Assembly: GCF_009914755.1 (NCBI RefSeq)
Contig: NC_060926.1
From: the human T2T-CHM13v2.0 reference genome, Homo sapiens
DNA: 64,000 nt
Direction: 5' to 3' (one strand)
A program made the translations under genes and the position numbers. The notes below the pieces were generated by a model. It was not told where the DNA came from and ran no database searches. It saw nothing but the letters and a program-made list of their open reading frames with translations. Below are positions 15,185 to 27,440 of the stretch, one piece after another (the stretch's first letter is position 1; each line of letters starts with the position of its first letter).

Positions 15185-15390
15185 AGCCAACAGCCTGTAT
15201 CAACTGACAGATATCTGCAATTTAGGCAGAGCTCAGTGGGGACAGCTTGCCTCTACTCCACTGGGCACCAGCTGAGGCATTGATGCTGTCCCCACTGAGC
15301 TCTGCCTAAATTACAGAATTTTTAGCAAAATAAATGTTAGTTTTTAAGTTACTAAGTTTGAGGCAGTATGTTATATACTAACATAACTTG
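15185..15390 (+). mobile_element. MLT1-type MaLR LTR 3' fragment with internal inversion
   Basis: 3' LTR motifs aataaatgttagtttttaagttactaagtttgagg; contains a 33-bp inverted repeat. Confidence 0.6.
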
Positions 15391-15586
15391 CACAGTATAA
15401 ATAATACATGAATAAAATAATTCATACAATATTAAAAAATAACAAGGAAAAAAGTGAAAATGACCTGAAGTTTCACCATGCAGAGAGAAAGTAGCTTAAT
15501 AGTCTAGTGACTAATTTCACACCTGTGGGTGTCTGCAGTTTGACTTCTTTTTATAGAGTTGGTAAGAATGTATTTTTGTTATTGAC

Positions 15587-15805
15587 TTCCCTCCCCTCAA
15601 CTGCCTTCTCCTCTCCCTTTCCCTTCCCCTTCTTCTTCCTATTCTCCTCTTCCCCCCTTCTTTCCCCTCCTCTTCCTTCTTCTTTTCTTCCTCCTCTCTC
15701 TCTTCCCTTACCCCTCCTTCTCCTACTCTCTTTCTTTTCTACTCTTCTTCTTTTACATTTTTTCCTTACCTCCAAATTCCCCAATCTCTGACCCCCTTTT
15801 CTATG
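15587..15805. repeat. CT-rich low-complexity polypyrimidine tract
   Basis: About 200 nt that is almost entirely C/T. Confidence 0.9.
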
Positions 15806-16445
15806 CCATCTAACATTGATGAAATCTAGTATATGTCTTTTCTTGCCTTTGTCCATGCTGAAACAATTTTATACAAATTTATTTGTAATTTTGTAATTTT
15901 ACAAATGTATGAAACTTACAATTTGTAATTGTGTGTATTTGTAATATTTTCATGAAAATATTACAAATAAATACAATACTCTCCATCTAGCTTTTTACAC
16001 TTAGTGGTGGCATAGTATCTGATTGTATGAACATTCCATAATTTACTAAATCATTCTCTTTTGAGACATTCAAGTTGTTTTGCCAGTATTTCAAATGGTA
16101 CAGTAAAATTGTATTATCCTTTTGTATTGGTGCTTATATTCCTATGAGACAGGGCCCTGTGAGTGGTGTTGTGGAGTTGATGAAAAAATTACATATATGT
16201 ATAATTATATTTAATTGTATATTAATTTCCATATAATTATATTTAACATACAATTTTACTTAATTCACACATATTTTACCTGGAAACCAGTTTCTCAATC
16301 CAATGTACACATGTTGCCTAAATTAAATTGCATTTTCACCCTTAACCTAAGTTATACTATAATCTCTTCCAACTTTTTGTTGCCTGATCTGCATAGGTGA
16401 AACTGCACCTTCACACAGGATGCAGCTAGTGTTTTTATGTGTAAC

Positions 16446-19400
16446 TTTTTTAACGTTTATTTTAGATTCAGGGGTATATGTACAGATTTGTTACATAGGT
16501 AAACTGAGGTCATGGGGGTTTGTTGCACAGATTATTTCATCTCTCAGGTACTAAGTGTAGTACACAATAGTTGTTTTTTTCTGTTCCTCTCCCTCCTCAC
16601 ACCCTCCTCCCTCAAGTAGACTCCAGGGTCTCTTGTACCTCTCTTTTTGTTCATGTGTTGTCATCATTTGGTTTTCACTTATAAGTGAGAAAATGTGATA
16701 TTTGGTTTTCTGTTGCCAAGGATGATGACCTCAAGCTCCATCCATGTTCCTCTGAGGAACATGATCTTGTTCTTTTTTATGGCTGTGTAGTATTTCATGG
16801 TGTATATATACCACATTTTCTTTATCCAGTCTACCAATAATGGGCATTTAGACTGATTCCATGTCTTTGCTATTGTGAATAGTGCTGCAATGAACATACA
16901 CATGCATATGTCATTATGATAGATCAATTTATATTCCTTTGGGTATATACCCAGTAGTGGGATTACTGGCTCGAATGGGAGTTCTGCTTTTAGCTATTTG
17001 GGGAGTCACCATGCTACTTTCCACAATGGTTGTTATTTTTTATTTTAATTTTTTTATTATTTGTCATATTACAAATAAATACAATACTCTCCATCTAGCT
17101 TTTTACACTTAATGGTGGCATAGTATCTGATTGTATGAATATTCCATAATTTACTTTTCTATTTTTTTTAATTTTTCAGTAATAGCCATTCTGACTGGTA
17201 TGAGATGGTATCTCATTGTGGTTTTGATTTGCGTTTCTCTAATGACCAGTGATATTGAGCTTTTTTTCATATGCTTGTTCGCTATGTCTATGTCTTTTTT
17301 TGAAAAGTGTCTGTTCATGTCCTTTGCCCACTTTTTAATGGGCTTGTTTGTGGGTTTTTTTGTAGATTTGTTTGTTTCTTGTAGATTCTGGATATTAGAC
17401 CTTCAAAGATGCATAGCTTACAAATATTTTCTTCCATTCTGTAGGTTGTTTTTTCACTCTGTTGATAGTTTCTTTAGCTATGCAGAAGTTCTTAAGTTTA
17501 ATTAGATCCCATTTGTCAATTTTTGATTTTGTTGCAATTGCTTTTGGTATCTTTGTCATGAAATCTTTGCCAATTCCTACGTTCAGAATGGTATTGCCTA
17601 CGTTGTCTTCCAGGGGTTTTATAGTTTGGGGTTTTACATTTATGTCTTTAATCCATCTTGAGTTAATTTTTGTATATGGTGTAAGGAAAGGGTCCATTTT
17701 TAATCTTCTGCATATGGGTAGCCAGTTATCCCAGTACCATTTATTGAATAGGGAGTCCTTTCTCTATTGCTTGTTTTTGTCAGCTTTGTCAAAGATGACA
17801 TGGTTGTACATGTGCGGCCTTATTTTTGGGCTCTTTATTCTGTTCTGTTGGTCTACATGTCTGTTTTTGTACCAGTACCATGTTGTTTTGGTTACTGTAG
17901 CCCTGTAGTATAGTTTGAAGTCAGGTAACATGATGCCTCCAGTGTTCTTCTTTATGCTTGGGATTGCCTTGGCTATTCAGCCTCCTTTTTGGTTCCATAT
18001 GAATTTTAAGATAGTTTTTTCTAGTTCTGTGAAGAATGTCATTTGTGTTTGATAGGAATAGCCTTATATCTGTAAATTGCTTTGCACAGTATGGCGATTG
18101 TAATGATACTGATTCTTCCTATCACGGAGAGCATGGAATGTTTTTTCATTTGTTTGTGTCATCTCTGATTCCTTTGAGCAGTGCTTTGTAATTTTCATTG
18201 TAGAGAACTTACACCTCCCTGGTTAAAATATTCCTAGGTATTTTAGTCTTTTTTATGGCAATTGTGAATCGGATTGGGTTTCTTATTTGGCTCTTGGCTT
18301 GACTGCTGTTGGTGTACAGGAATGCTAGTAATTTTGGTACATTAATTTTTGTATCTTGAAACTTTGCTGAAATTGTTTATCAGCTGAAGAAGCTTTTGGG
18401 CAGACTATGGGGTTTTCTAGATATAGAATCATGTCATCTGCAAACAGGGATAGTTTGACTTCCTCTCTTCCTATTTTGATGCCCCTTATTTCTTTCTCTT
18501 GCCTGATTGCTCTGGACAGGACTTCCAATACTATGTAGAATAGGAGTGGTGAGAGAGGGCATCCTTATCTTGTGCCGGTTTTCAAGAGGAATGCTTCCAG
18601 CTTTTAACAATTGAGTGTGATGTTGGCTGTGAGTAATATATGGCTGTTATTTTGAGGTATGTTTCTTTGATACCTAGTTTATTGAGTGTTCAACATGAAG
18701 GAATATTGTATTCTATCAAAAGCTTTTTCTGGATCTAGTGAGATAATCATGTTTTTTTTGTCTTTAGTTCTGTTTCTGTGATGAATCACATTTATTGATT
18801 TGCATATGTTGAAACAAACTTGCATCTCAGGGATAAAGCCTAATTGATCATGATGGATTAGTTTTTTATGTGCTTCTGGATTCGATTTGCAAGCATTTTG
18901 TTGAGGATTCTTGCATCAATGTTTGTCAAGGATGTTGGCCTGAAGTTTTCTTTTGTGTGTGTGTGTCTCTGGCAAGTTTTCACATCAGGATGATGCTGGC
19001 CTCATAAAATGAGTTAGGGAAGAGTCCCCCTTCCTCATTTTTTTTAGAATAGTTTCAGTAGGAATGGTACCAGCTCTTCTTTGCATATCTGGTAGAATTT
19101 GGCTGTGAATCCATCTGGTCATTGCTAGGCTATTTATTACTGACTTGAGTTCGGAGCTCATTATTGGTCTGTTCAGAGAATCAGTTTCTTCCTGGTTCAA
19201 TCTTGGGAGGGTGTATGTGTCCAGGAATTTATCCATCCCCTCTAGGTTTTCTAGTTTATGTGCATATGGTATTCATAGTAATCACTTGTGGTTATTTGTA
19301 TTTCTGTGGGGTAAGCAATAATATCCCTTTTGTCATTTCTGAATGTGTTTATTTGGATCTTTTCTCTTTCCTTCTTTATTAATCTAGCTATTAATGGCCT

Positions 19401-20685
19401 ATCTGTCTTATTAATGTCTTCAAAAAACCAACTCCTGGATTTTTTGATCTTTTCCATTTTTTTTATTTCTCAATATCCTTCAGTTCTGCTCTGATTTTGG
19501 TTCTTTCTTGTCTTCTGCTACTTTGGGGTTGGTTTGCTGTCACTTTTCTAGTTCTTTAAGTTGTGATTGGAGGTTGTTAATTTGAGATCTTTCTAATTTT
19601 TTATATGGGCATTTAGTGCTATAAATTTCCCTCTTAACACTGCCTTAACTGTGTCCCAGAGATTCTAGTATGTTGTATCTTTGTTCTTATTAGTTTCAAA
19701 TAACTTTTTAATTTCTGCCTTAACTTCATTATTTACCCAAAATTCTTTCAGGAGCAGGTTGTTTATTTTCCATGTAATTGCATAGTTTTGAGCAATTTTA
19801 GTAGTCTTGATTTCTGTTTTTATTGCACTGTGGTCTAAGAGTGTGTTTGGTATAATTTCAGTTCTTTTGCATTTACTGAGGATTGTTTTATGTCTGATCA
19901 TGTGGTTGACTTTAGAAGATGTGGCAATGAGAAGAATGTATATTCTGCTGTTTTGGGGTGGAGAGTTCTGTAGAGGTCTATCATATTCATTTGGTTCAAT
20001 GTTGAGTTCAGGTCCTTAATATCTGTGTTAATTTTCTGACTTGATGATCTGTCTAATACTGTCAATGGAGTGTTGAAGTCTCCAACTATTGTTCTTTGGG
20101 AGCTAAGTCACTTTGTAGGTCTCTAAGAACTTGCTTTGTGAATCTGGGTGCTCCTGTGTTGCATGCATATATATTTAGGATAGTTAGGTCTTCTTGAATT
20201 GAACCCTTCACCATTATGTAATGCCCTTTTTTGTCTTTTTTTTTTTTAATTTTTGCTGGTTTAAAGTCTGTTTTGTCTGAAATTAGGATTGCAACCCCTG
20301 CTTTTTTCTGTTTCCCATTTGCTTGGTAGATTTTCCTCCATCCCTTTTCTTGAGTCCCTGGGTGTTACTGCATGTGAGATGGGTCTCTTTAAGACAGCAT
20401 ATCATTGGGTCTTGTTTTTTTAATCCAACTTGCCAAACAGGTTATTTAGCCCATTTACATTCAAGGTTAGTGTTGATATGTGTGGATTTAGTCCTGTCAT
20501 TGTGTTGTTAGCTGTTTATTACACTGGCTTGTTTGTGTGGTTGCTTTAAAGTGTCACTGGTCTATATACTTAAGTGTGTTTTTGTATTGGCTGGTAATAG
20601 ACTTTTCTTTTTGTATTTAGTGCCTTTCTTCAAGATCTCTTGTAAGGCAGATCTGGTGGTAATGAAATCCCTCAACATCTGCTTA
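16446..20685 (-). mobile_element. 5'-truncated older L1PA (about L1PA13-16)
   Basis: The 3' end tttagattcaggggtatatgtacagatttgttacataggtaaact is typical of older L1PA. ORF2 fragments appear in the track (e.g. 18325-18528 [13 protein letters not shown], 17395-17697). Confidence 0.88.
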
Positions 20686-21589
20686 TTTGTTTTCCTTATT
20701 AATTTCAGTAGGTTTTAGAGAAGGGTTTTCCAAATGTGCATTAATCTTAACATCATTTTTATAGATCATTGTTTGGTCTCTGTGAAGTCACCCTGTGTAA
20801 ACAGACATTTTTTCTTCTTGTTCTCAACTTGTGATCCTGTTCTCTATTCCTATTTAGCACTATTACATAACTTAGCTCTCCTTCATCTTTGTAGCAACAG
20901 CTAGCCTTTTCCTTTCTTCAGTGAGTGGCTCAAAAGGGATTTTTATCTAAAAACAAGTGCAATGTAACTGAAAAGTTAACTGCTGTTTCCTTTACTTAAT
21001 CTCAAGCCTTTTTTTCTTATCCCAGTATATGAGAGACTAGCAATTATGATAAACTCATAATGCTTAGTAACAAAAAGCCATTATAATGAATTCTTCACTT
21101 TATTATGTTAAAAGCTGGGGTTTTATTGCCATAATTTTCAGTTGAATAGCCTAAGATAATGCCACCTATTTTTTTTAGATCTTCAATAAGTTATGGCTAT
21201 GAGAAGTGGTTGATGATTTTGATTTTGGTGGGAGAATTCTGCACTTCTTCCCATAGTAGCAGTATTAGTAAATGATGGGGGTTTGTAATGGATAATTAGG
21301 GAGTATATGATTTCATACTTCTGAGCCTTTTCTGTTGTAATTTATTCTTCTAAGTATTCATTGATAATTTCAAGTATAAAATTAATGGAAGCTAGGTAGA
21401 AAAGTCTTACTCAAGCAATAGGCCAGGGACAGGCAATGGTGGTAGTTAACTATTAGGACTGCATCTTTGATAGGAAATTAGTCCAAGGAGATCAATTTCC
21501 AACAGGAGAAAGAGTCCAAAGGTAGTGAAAAATAAAACAAGTTTATACGAATGTTAATAAAAATTAACATGTCTCTCTATTTCCCAAAG

Positions 21590-21763
21590 CCAGTGCTAAA
21601 AGTCTACCAAGATCATAAGCAGCCAGAATACATACATGAACAGAACCGATTTCAGTTAATGACTGCAGGAATCATTAAACGTCCAGTAAGCATAGCAAAA
21701 AAAAGTTTTGCCACATCATCTACTCAGTTTCTTGAGCATCAAGATGCTGTGAAAAAAATGCAG
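21590..21763 (+). CDS. DNAH6: DNAH6 exon 3 (aa 76-133)
   Basis: Acceptor ttcccaaag|CCA, PVLKVYQDHK...AVKKMQ, donor CAG|GTATAA; 174 nt, in frame. Confidence 0.9.
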
Positions 21764-24203
21764 GTATAATATTAAAATACTTAATTGATTCTTTTAACTT
21801 AATTTTGTTTTGTATAGCATTGCTAGCATACTTTTAACTCATAAGAATAGAAGCAAAGTCATTTTCTATAAGGTTGCATAATGAGTTTGGGAAATATAAC
21901 ATTTCTTCATCCTATTTAAGGAAAACTCTTACAGTGGAAGAAAATCATAAAGGAAACTTTCACCATCTGTACAGTGCCTTCTGACCTTCTTTTGCATGAT
22001 AAAGAAGATATAATAGTATTTTGAATGTTATTATAACTTTTTTGAAATTTTCATCATTTTTACCAAAAATGGTAATCTTTGAAGACCCTGGTGAAGAGCA
22101 ATAAAGTGAGACAAAGCCAGCTAGCAAGACAATTTGTGTAGCTGGTGAGAGTTGTAGAGCGAGGAAGTTGCCTTGAAAGGCATAAAGAAATGGTAGCTCA
22201 GGGAAGAAATCACCAGAGCTTGCCTTTAAATGAATATCTCTAGATAACTGAAGAAAAAAAAACAATAAGGGGAGAAAATATGAAAGGCATACCTACAGTA
22301 AAGATACCAGTAGAGCCAAGATTTCTCTGAGGTTTTGGTTGAGAGGATAACTTTGACAGTCACACACTGAGTGCTGGTTTGGGTCCAACCATTGGATTAG
22401 AACTGCTAGACGTGCACAGTTGAGGACAAGGTCTGTCCTCAAGGATTTCAGAGTCTGGAGGTACGTAGGTGGACAAGTGAACACTCAGCACAGTGGGGTA
22501 TAAGAGCTCTCCTTAGTTGTTTAAGGTACAAAATAATGAAAAACTAAATAAAAGGGACTTTTACACCTGGCCATCGGGGGGCCAGTCAGTGAATAAAAAG
22601 CCACCTTTGGGAGTTGCACTAAGCTGAGAAGAATGAGTGGAAAGTTAATGGGATAGATAAGATGAGAGAGGTGGGAGCTCTAGGAGAAGCTAGATGGACA
22701 GGAGCTTATTTTGGGTTTGGGTGAGATCATCCTGAAAGAATGAAATCATATGATGAACTAGATGGAATTATAAAGCTTCAGTTACTATGGTGTCTGTGAA
22801 GTGGAGCCAGAGGGAGCTCTTTCTCCAGAAAAGATCTGAGCCAGGAAAGATTTAATTGCCTGTAAATTAATTCATTTGGCATAAAGAGGGCTTCAAAAAT
22901 TTGAATTTAAAGAAAAGGAGAGAACGTGTATAGACATCTGGGATAAAAGTGGGGCTGAAAAGGAATATTAGGTTGTGAGCTATGCTTCCTGGTTGTAGCT
23001 GTCACTCAGTGAAGAACTCAGTAAAGAGTTAGGAATTAAAGAGAAATATGAAAAATGGGATGTTTTACATAAAATAAGAAAGGTATTTATTCTGAGAAAA
23101 AGGTAATTTTTTCAGATATTGATTTATCTGAATGAGTTTCAAATAGAAATGCAACAAGGAGGATTTCCTGGGAGGTAAAGGAAGGCAGGCAGGAAGGAAA
23201 GTTGGAGGCCTCTGTTAATTAAGGAAGAAATTGACTTATCGAATCAGACGGGGCATCCATCAGGGAGGAGTACTGCATTGTACAGTTTATGAATAAATGC
23301 TTTCTTTATTTCCCACCCCCAAATCTGAACCTATGTTACTGCTGAAGAACACAGCAGAACACAGTGATTAACCTCCTCCATGGGAGGAAAATGTGAATCA
23401 CATTTTCCCACTGAGTTACATAATGAGAAATTAGGGCTCAGAGGAAAATATCTAACCCTGTTATGGAAGAAGTCTTCCACTTAGAATGCAGTAAGACTTT
23501 TTAAAGACTAGAACAAATAAAATAAATGCATTTTCTGTTAAAACAGTAACACTTTAGTCTCATAAAAATACTAAAGTGGACTAGCCCTCATTGAAACATT
23601 GAGATAAGGTGATGTGTGTTTTCTCTGGTTCAGGTTTGGCCTATTCATTCTCAGAAGAGAACAGTGTTATTGCTGCCATCCCTGGCCAAGAAGTCAAAGA
23701 CACACATTTTACCTTTTACGTTCAAAGATGTGTTTCCTTCAGCTCTGAACTTGCTAGGTGTTGTCAAACTGCTATTGGACAAAGTATATTTAATCAGAGT
23801 TGGGGTATAATGTTCCCTGTGAGTACAAATTTTCTGGAGAAGTTGTTCCACAGAGCTTGTAGTAATACATCCCTGCAGAAATGGCAGCCTCTGCCAGCTA
23901 TGTTAATAGGCAATAAAATACTCATGCGTATATTTACAATAGTTATTCAACAAAGCAGTTCTACTATGGTGACTCTTATCTTAAAGCCAGTTACTCCTAT
24001 ACTATCAGAGAGGCAAGGTGATGACCTTTGGAGTTAGTGTCAAATTTCTTCAAACACAGTGATTAACCTCCTCCATGGGAGGAACAGATATGGGTGATGC
24101 CACCCAAGTTTTTTGGGGGGTGTGAGTGGCACTGAGAGCACAGACAGTGAAGCCCAGAGACTAGAGCAAAGCTGGAGTGTGTGGGCATGGCACAGTGGGA
24201 CTC

Positions 24204-24369
24204 AGCCTTGCTGCTCCAAGTGTAGTCCATGGTCAGCAGGATCCAAACCCCTGAAAGCAGGTTAGAAAGGCAGAATCTCAGGTTCCACCCTAGCTGTACT
24301 GAATCAAAATTTGCATTTTAATAAGAAACTCTGGTAATTCATTGCACATTTAAAGTTTGAGAAGCACTG
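24204..24369. mobile_element. MER5A-like hAT-Charlie MITE
   Basis: gcagaatctcaggttccaccc ... gaatcaaaatttgcattttaataag ... aaagtttgagaagcactg. Confidence 0.7.
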
Positions 24370-24929
24370 GTCTAAAAAACAGCCGATATTAGTTGATAAA
24401 ATCAATGCTTCTCTAAGGCTATCGCATAGTGATTCCCAACACTCAATATAACCGCCCCTCATATTCACAAAGAAGTAAAGTTATTATGAGTTACAATAAC
24501 AGCTGTCCAAGACTCCACTCACTGAAGAGCATCAAGGTGGTCAGAACAGAGGGGGAGGTTGGGAGGAGAGGTCCCAGAAAAGATAGATGCAGAGTAACTA
24601 AGCAAGGAGGGAAGAGGGCTCCCATGGACATCAAAGACCTGGTAATATTTTGATGTAATAAACATTGAGTTAAAGGAGAGGAGAAGGCAATGGAAGCTGA
24701 AACTGGGACTGCTTTGTGGTAAAAGGATGCGTATCTGGATAGGGAGTACTGAGAAGGAATATGACTGCCTAACAATAGTTTGAAAATTTTCAGTGCCAAA
24801 ATGCTTGCCTTTGAGCCCTAGACATCTCATGCAATATGGCAATTAGTCCTTGAAGGTAATATTTTGTTGCTCTTGTGTGTATGTGTGCAAAGACTCATTT
24901 TTTTTTTTTCAAAAATTGGCTTTGTTTAG

Positions 24930-25192
24930 ATTCATCGGCCCTATGTTGAGATGTTCTCTCCCTCTCCTCCTAAACTGCCACATACTGGTATTGGAAAAAG
25001 AGGTCTCTTTGGGACTAGATCTTCAGCTTACCCTAAGTACACTTTTCACGACCGAGAAGAAGTTGTTAAAGCCAACATTCGTGATCCCTTGCAAATCATT
25101 AAAATAATACGTGAAAATGAACATCTTGGATTTCTTTATATGATCCCTGCAGTGCCAAGATCATCCATTGAATATGATACATATAATCTAAA
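24930..25192 (+). CDS. DNAH6: DNAH6 exon 4
   Basis: Acceptor tttgtttag|ATT, IHRPYVEMFSPSPPK...YDTYNL(K), donor AA|GTGAGT; 263 nt, ending in phase 2. Confidence 0.93.
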
Positions 25193-26079
25193 GTGAGTTA
25201 TTTTTTATGATGCAATTTAACATAAAAATTACAAATAAGATTGCACATATTATTTATAATTGATTGGATATTAATAATAACAATATCAAATATAATTTTG
25301 GTTATCATTCAATGATAAATGAATCCTAATCACAACAATTTTGTATTTTTTAATTTATCTTCCCTTTATCTATTTAGAAACATTAACTATCTTACCTGCA
25401 CTACTGAGCTTCTCATATATTTATGTAATGTTATACCATATATTTTTAATCAGTATTACAAATGTATTTTTGATACTTTATGATTACTGAGAAAAGAGGA
25501 TGGCAACATATAAAAAGCAGATGATGCACGATTTGTTTTTCATGTTATTTCACCTTTGCTTTATAGAGTAGAAATAAGGATTTTTTAATAAAATGAGCTT
25601 GATAACTTAGGGTATTCATATAAATGAATAATATCCACACACTTTCTGTGTGTTGTTGCCGTACATTTGTTGTTGATATAATTGGAAGTCACATAATTGT
25701 GAGTCTGCAAGTTGCTTTGAAGTTCAGCACAACAGATAATAGTAGGACTTAAAGATGATACTGGCTTTCCTCTGTTATTTAGTTGGGCTGACAGCAGTTC
25801 TTGAGACGGTCTTTTCTTGATGGTGATAATAGTTTAGCTTCACCACAAAATTCATTGAGCTACCTTCCCCATTCATGGCTCTCTTATTCTCCCTTATTCA
25901 GCACCATAGTTTCAACTGAGAAGGTGACACTGAGGGCAGCTCTCCTGCTGCAGAAAATGGGTAGAGAAGAAAAGCTTTTTAATCAAAATTTAAAATGACA
26001 GATGTGTTGTAAATCTTAAAGAGCTTAACAGCAGTGAACAATAACTTGTAGGAAGGACAGAAATGCTTATGAAAATGCA

Positions 26080-27440
26080 ATCGTTCAGCAAAATTTATTG
26101 AGCATGATCTCTGTAGCAGGAACTGTTTTACGTGCTTGAGACACATTAGTAAACCATCCATATCAAAATTGTTGCCCTCATGGAACTGACATTTTAGCAG
26201 AGGATGGCAATAATAAACCAGACATGAGTAAATTATGTAGAATACTAAAATGTGATAAGTATTGGAGGAAAAAAATAGAGGCAAAGAGGATTAGAAGTGC
26301 TGGGGAAGAGGTTGTGAATTAACTGGGGTGGTCAGAGTGGGCCTCATTGAGAAGCTGTCATTTGAACAAGGACTTGAAAGAGAATAAATGAATTATGTGG
26401 TGGTGCAGTTATGAGCATTCCAGGCAGCAGGAAAATGAATACAAACATCCTGAACTGGGAGCAGACCTGGCATGCTCAAAGGGCAAAGAGGAGGCCGGTG
26501 TGACTACAGTAGAGTGAACAAGAGATAAAGGATATATCGTGCAAGACCTTGTTGGCTACAACAATGGAGAACCATGGAAGGATTTTGGGCAGAAAAGTGT
26601 CACGATCTGATTTACATTTTTTAAGGAAACATTCTGGCTGCTGTGTGAAGAATAGGCTTTGAGGCAACAAGGGTTGAAACAGGAAGACAAATTGAAGGCC
26701 GTAGTTACTCAGGGGAGAAAGGGACTGGGGATGATGATGAAGTGGTAAGAAATAGGTCTGCTTCTGAAAACAATTTGAAGGTGAAGCCAACGGAATGTCT
26801 TTACAGACATTGTGTAGGGTAGACAACCAGAAAGGAGTACAGGATGAGTTTAATGATCCAGTTGTCTGAGCAAGAGGGGTAGAGTTGCTATTGACTGTGA
26901 ACCCTGAAAATCTGAGACAGTTCTCAGTTAATTTAGAAAGCTTATTTTGCCAAGATCATGGAGGCACGCCCATGACACAGCCTCAGGAGGTCCTGATGAC
27001 ATGTGCCCAAGGTAGTACGGGCACAGCTTGGCTTTATACATTTTAGGAAGACACGAGACATCAATTAATATGCGTAAGATGTACATGGGTTCAGTCTGGA
27101 AAAGTGGGAAAACTCAAGGCCAAGATGGAAAAACTCAAAGCGAGGAGGGGGCTTCCAGGTCATAGGTAGATGAGAGACATTCCTTTGAGTTTCTGATTAG
27201 CCTTTCCAAATGAGGCAATGAGATATGCATTTATCCCAGTGAGCACAGGGGTCACTTTGAATAGAATGGGAGGCAGGTTTGCCATTAGCAGTTCCCAGCT
27301 TGACATTTACCTTTCGTTTAGTGATTTGGGGGCCCCAAGATTTATTTTCCTTTTACAACTGAGACATAGAAGACTGAATGGAGCAGAATCATCAGGGAAA
27401 AATACATGTTTGGGTTCGGATACATTAATTTTGGGATGTC
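26080..27440 (-). mobile_element. L2 LINE fragment, split by a MER4 LTR
   Basis: L2 3' motif ttcagcaaaatttattgagca and the typical purine-rich L2 antisense body. Confidence 0.7.
26898..27357 (-). mobile_element. MER4A-like ERV1 solo LTR
   Basis: TG...CA ends, a 4-bp TSD ACTG (26894-26897 and 27358-27361), and motifs catgacacagcctcaggaggtcctgatgacatgtgcccaagg and gggggccccaagatttattttcc. Confidence 0.85.

Noticed and set aside
15507-15856. Low-complexity ORFs on both strands
   Set aside because: They are translations of the CT-rich tract.
23609-24037. 142-aa ORF as a retrocopy or nested gene
   Set aside because: GTG start, no recognisable homology, no poly-A tail; kept only as unassigned sequence.
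23358-24084. CRISPR-like repeat (32 nt with internal palindrome)
   Set aside because: There are only two copies, 663 nt apart, in a mammalian intron with no cas genes.
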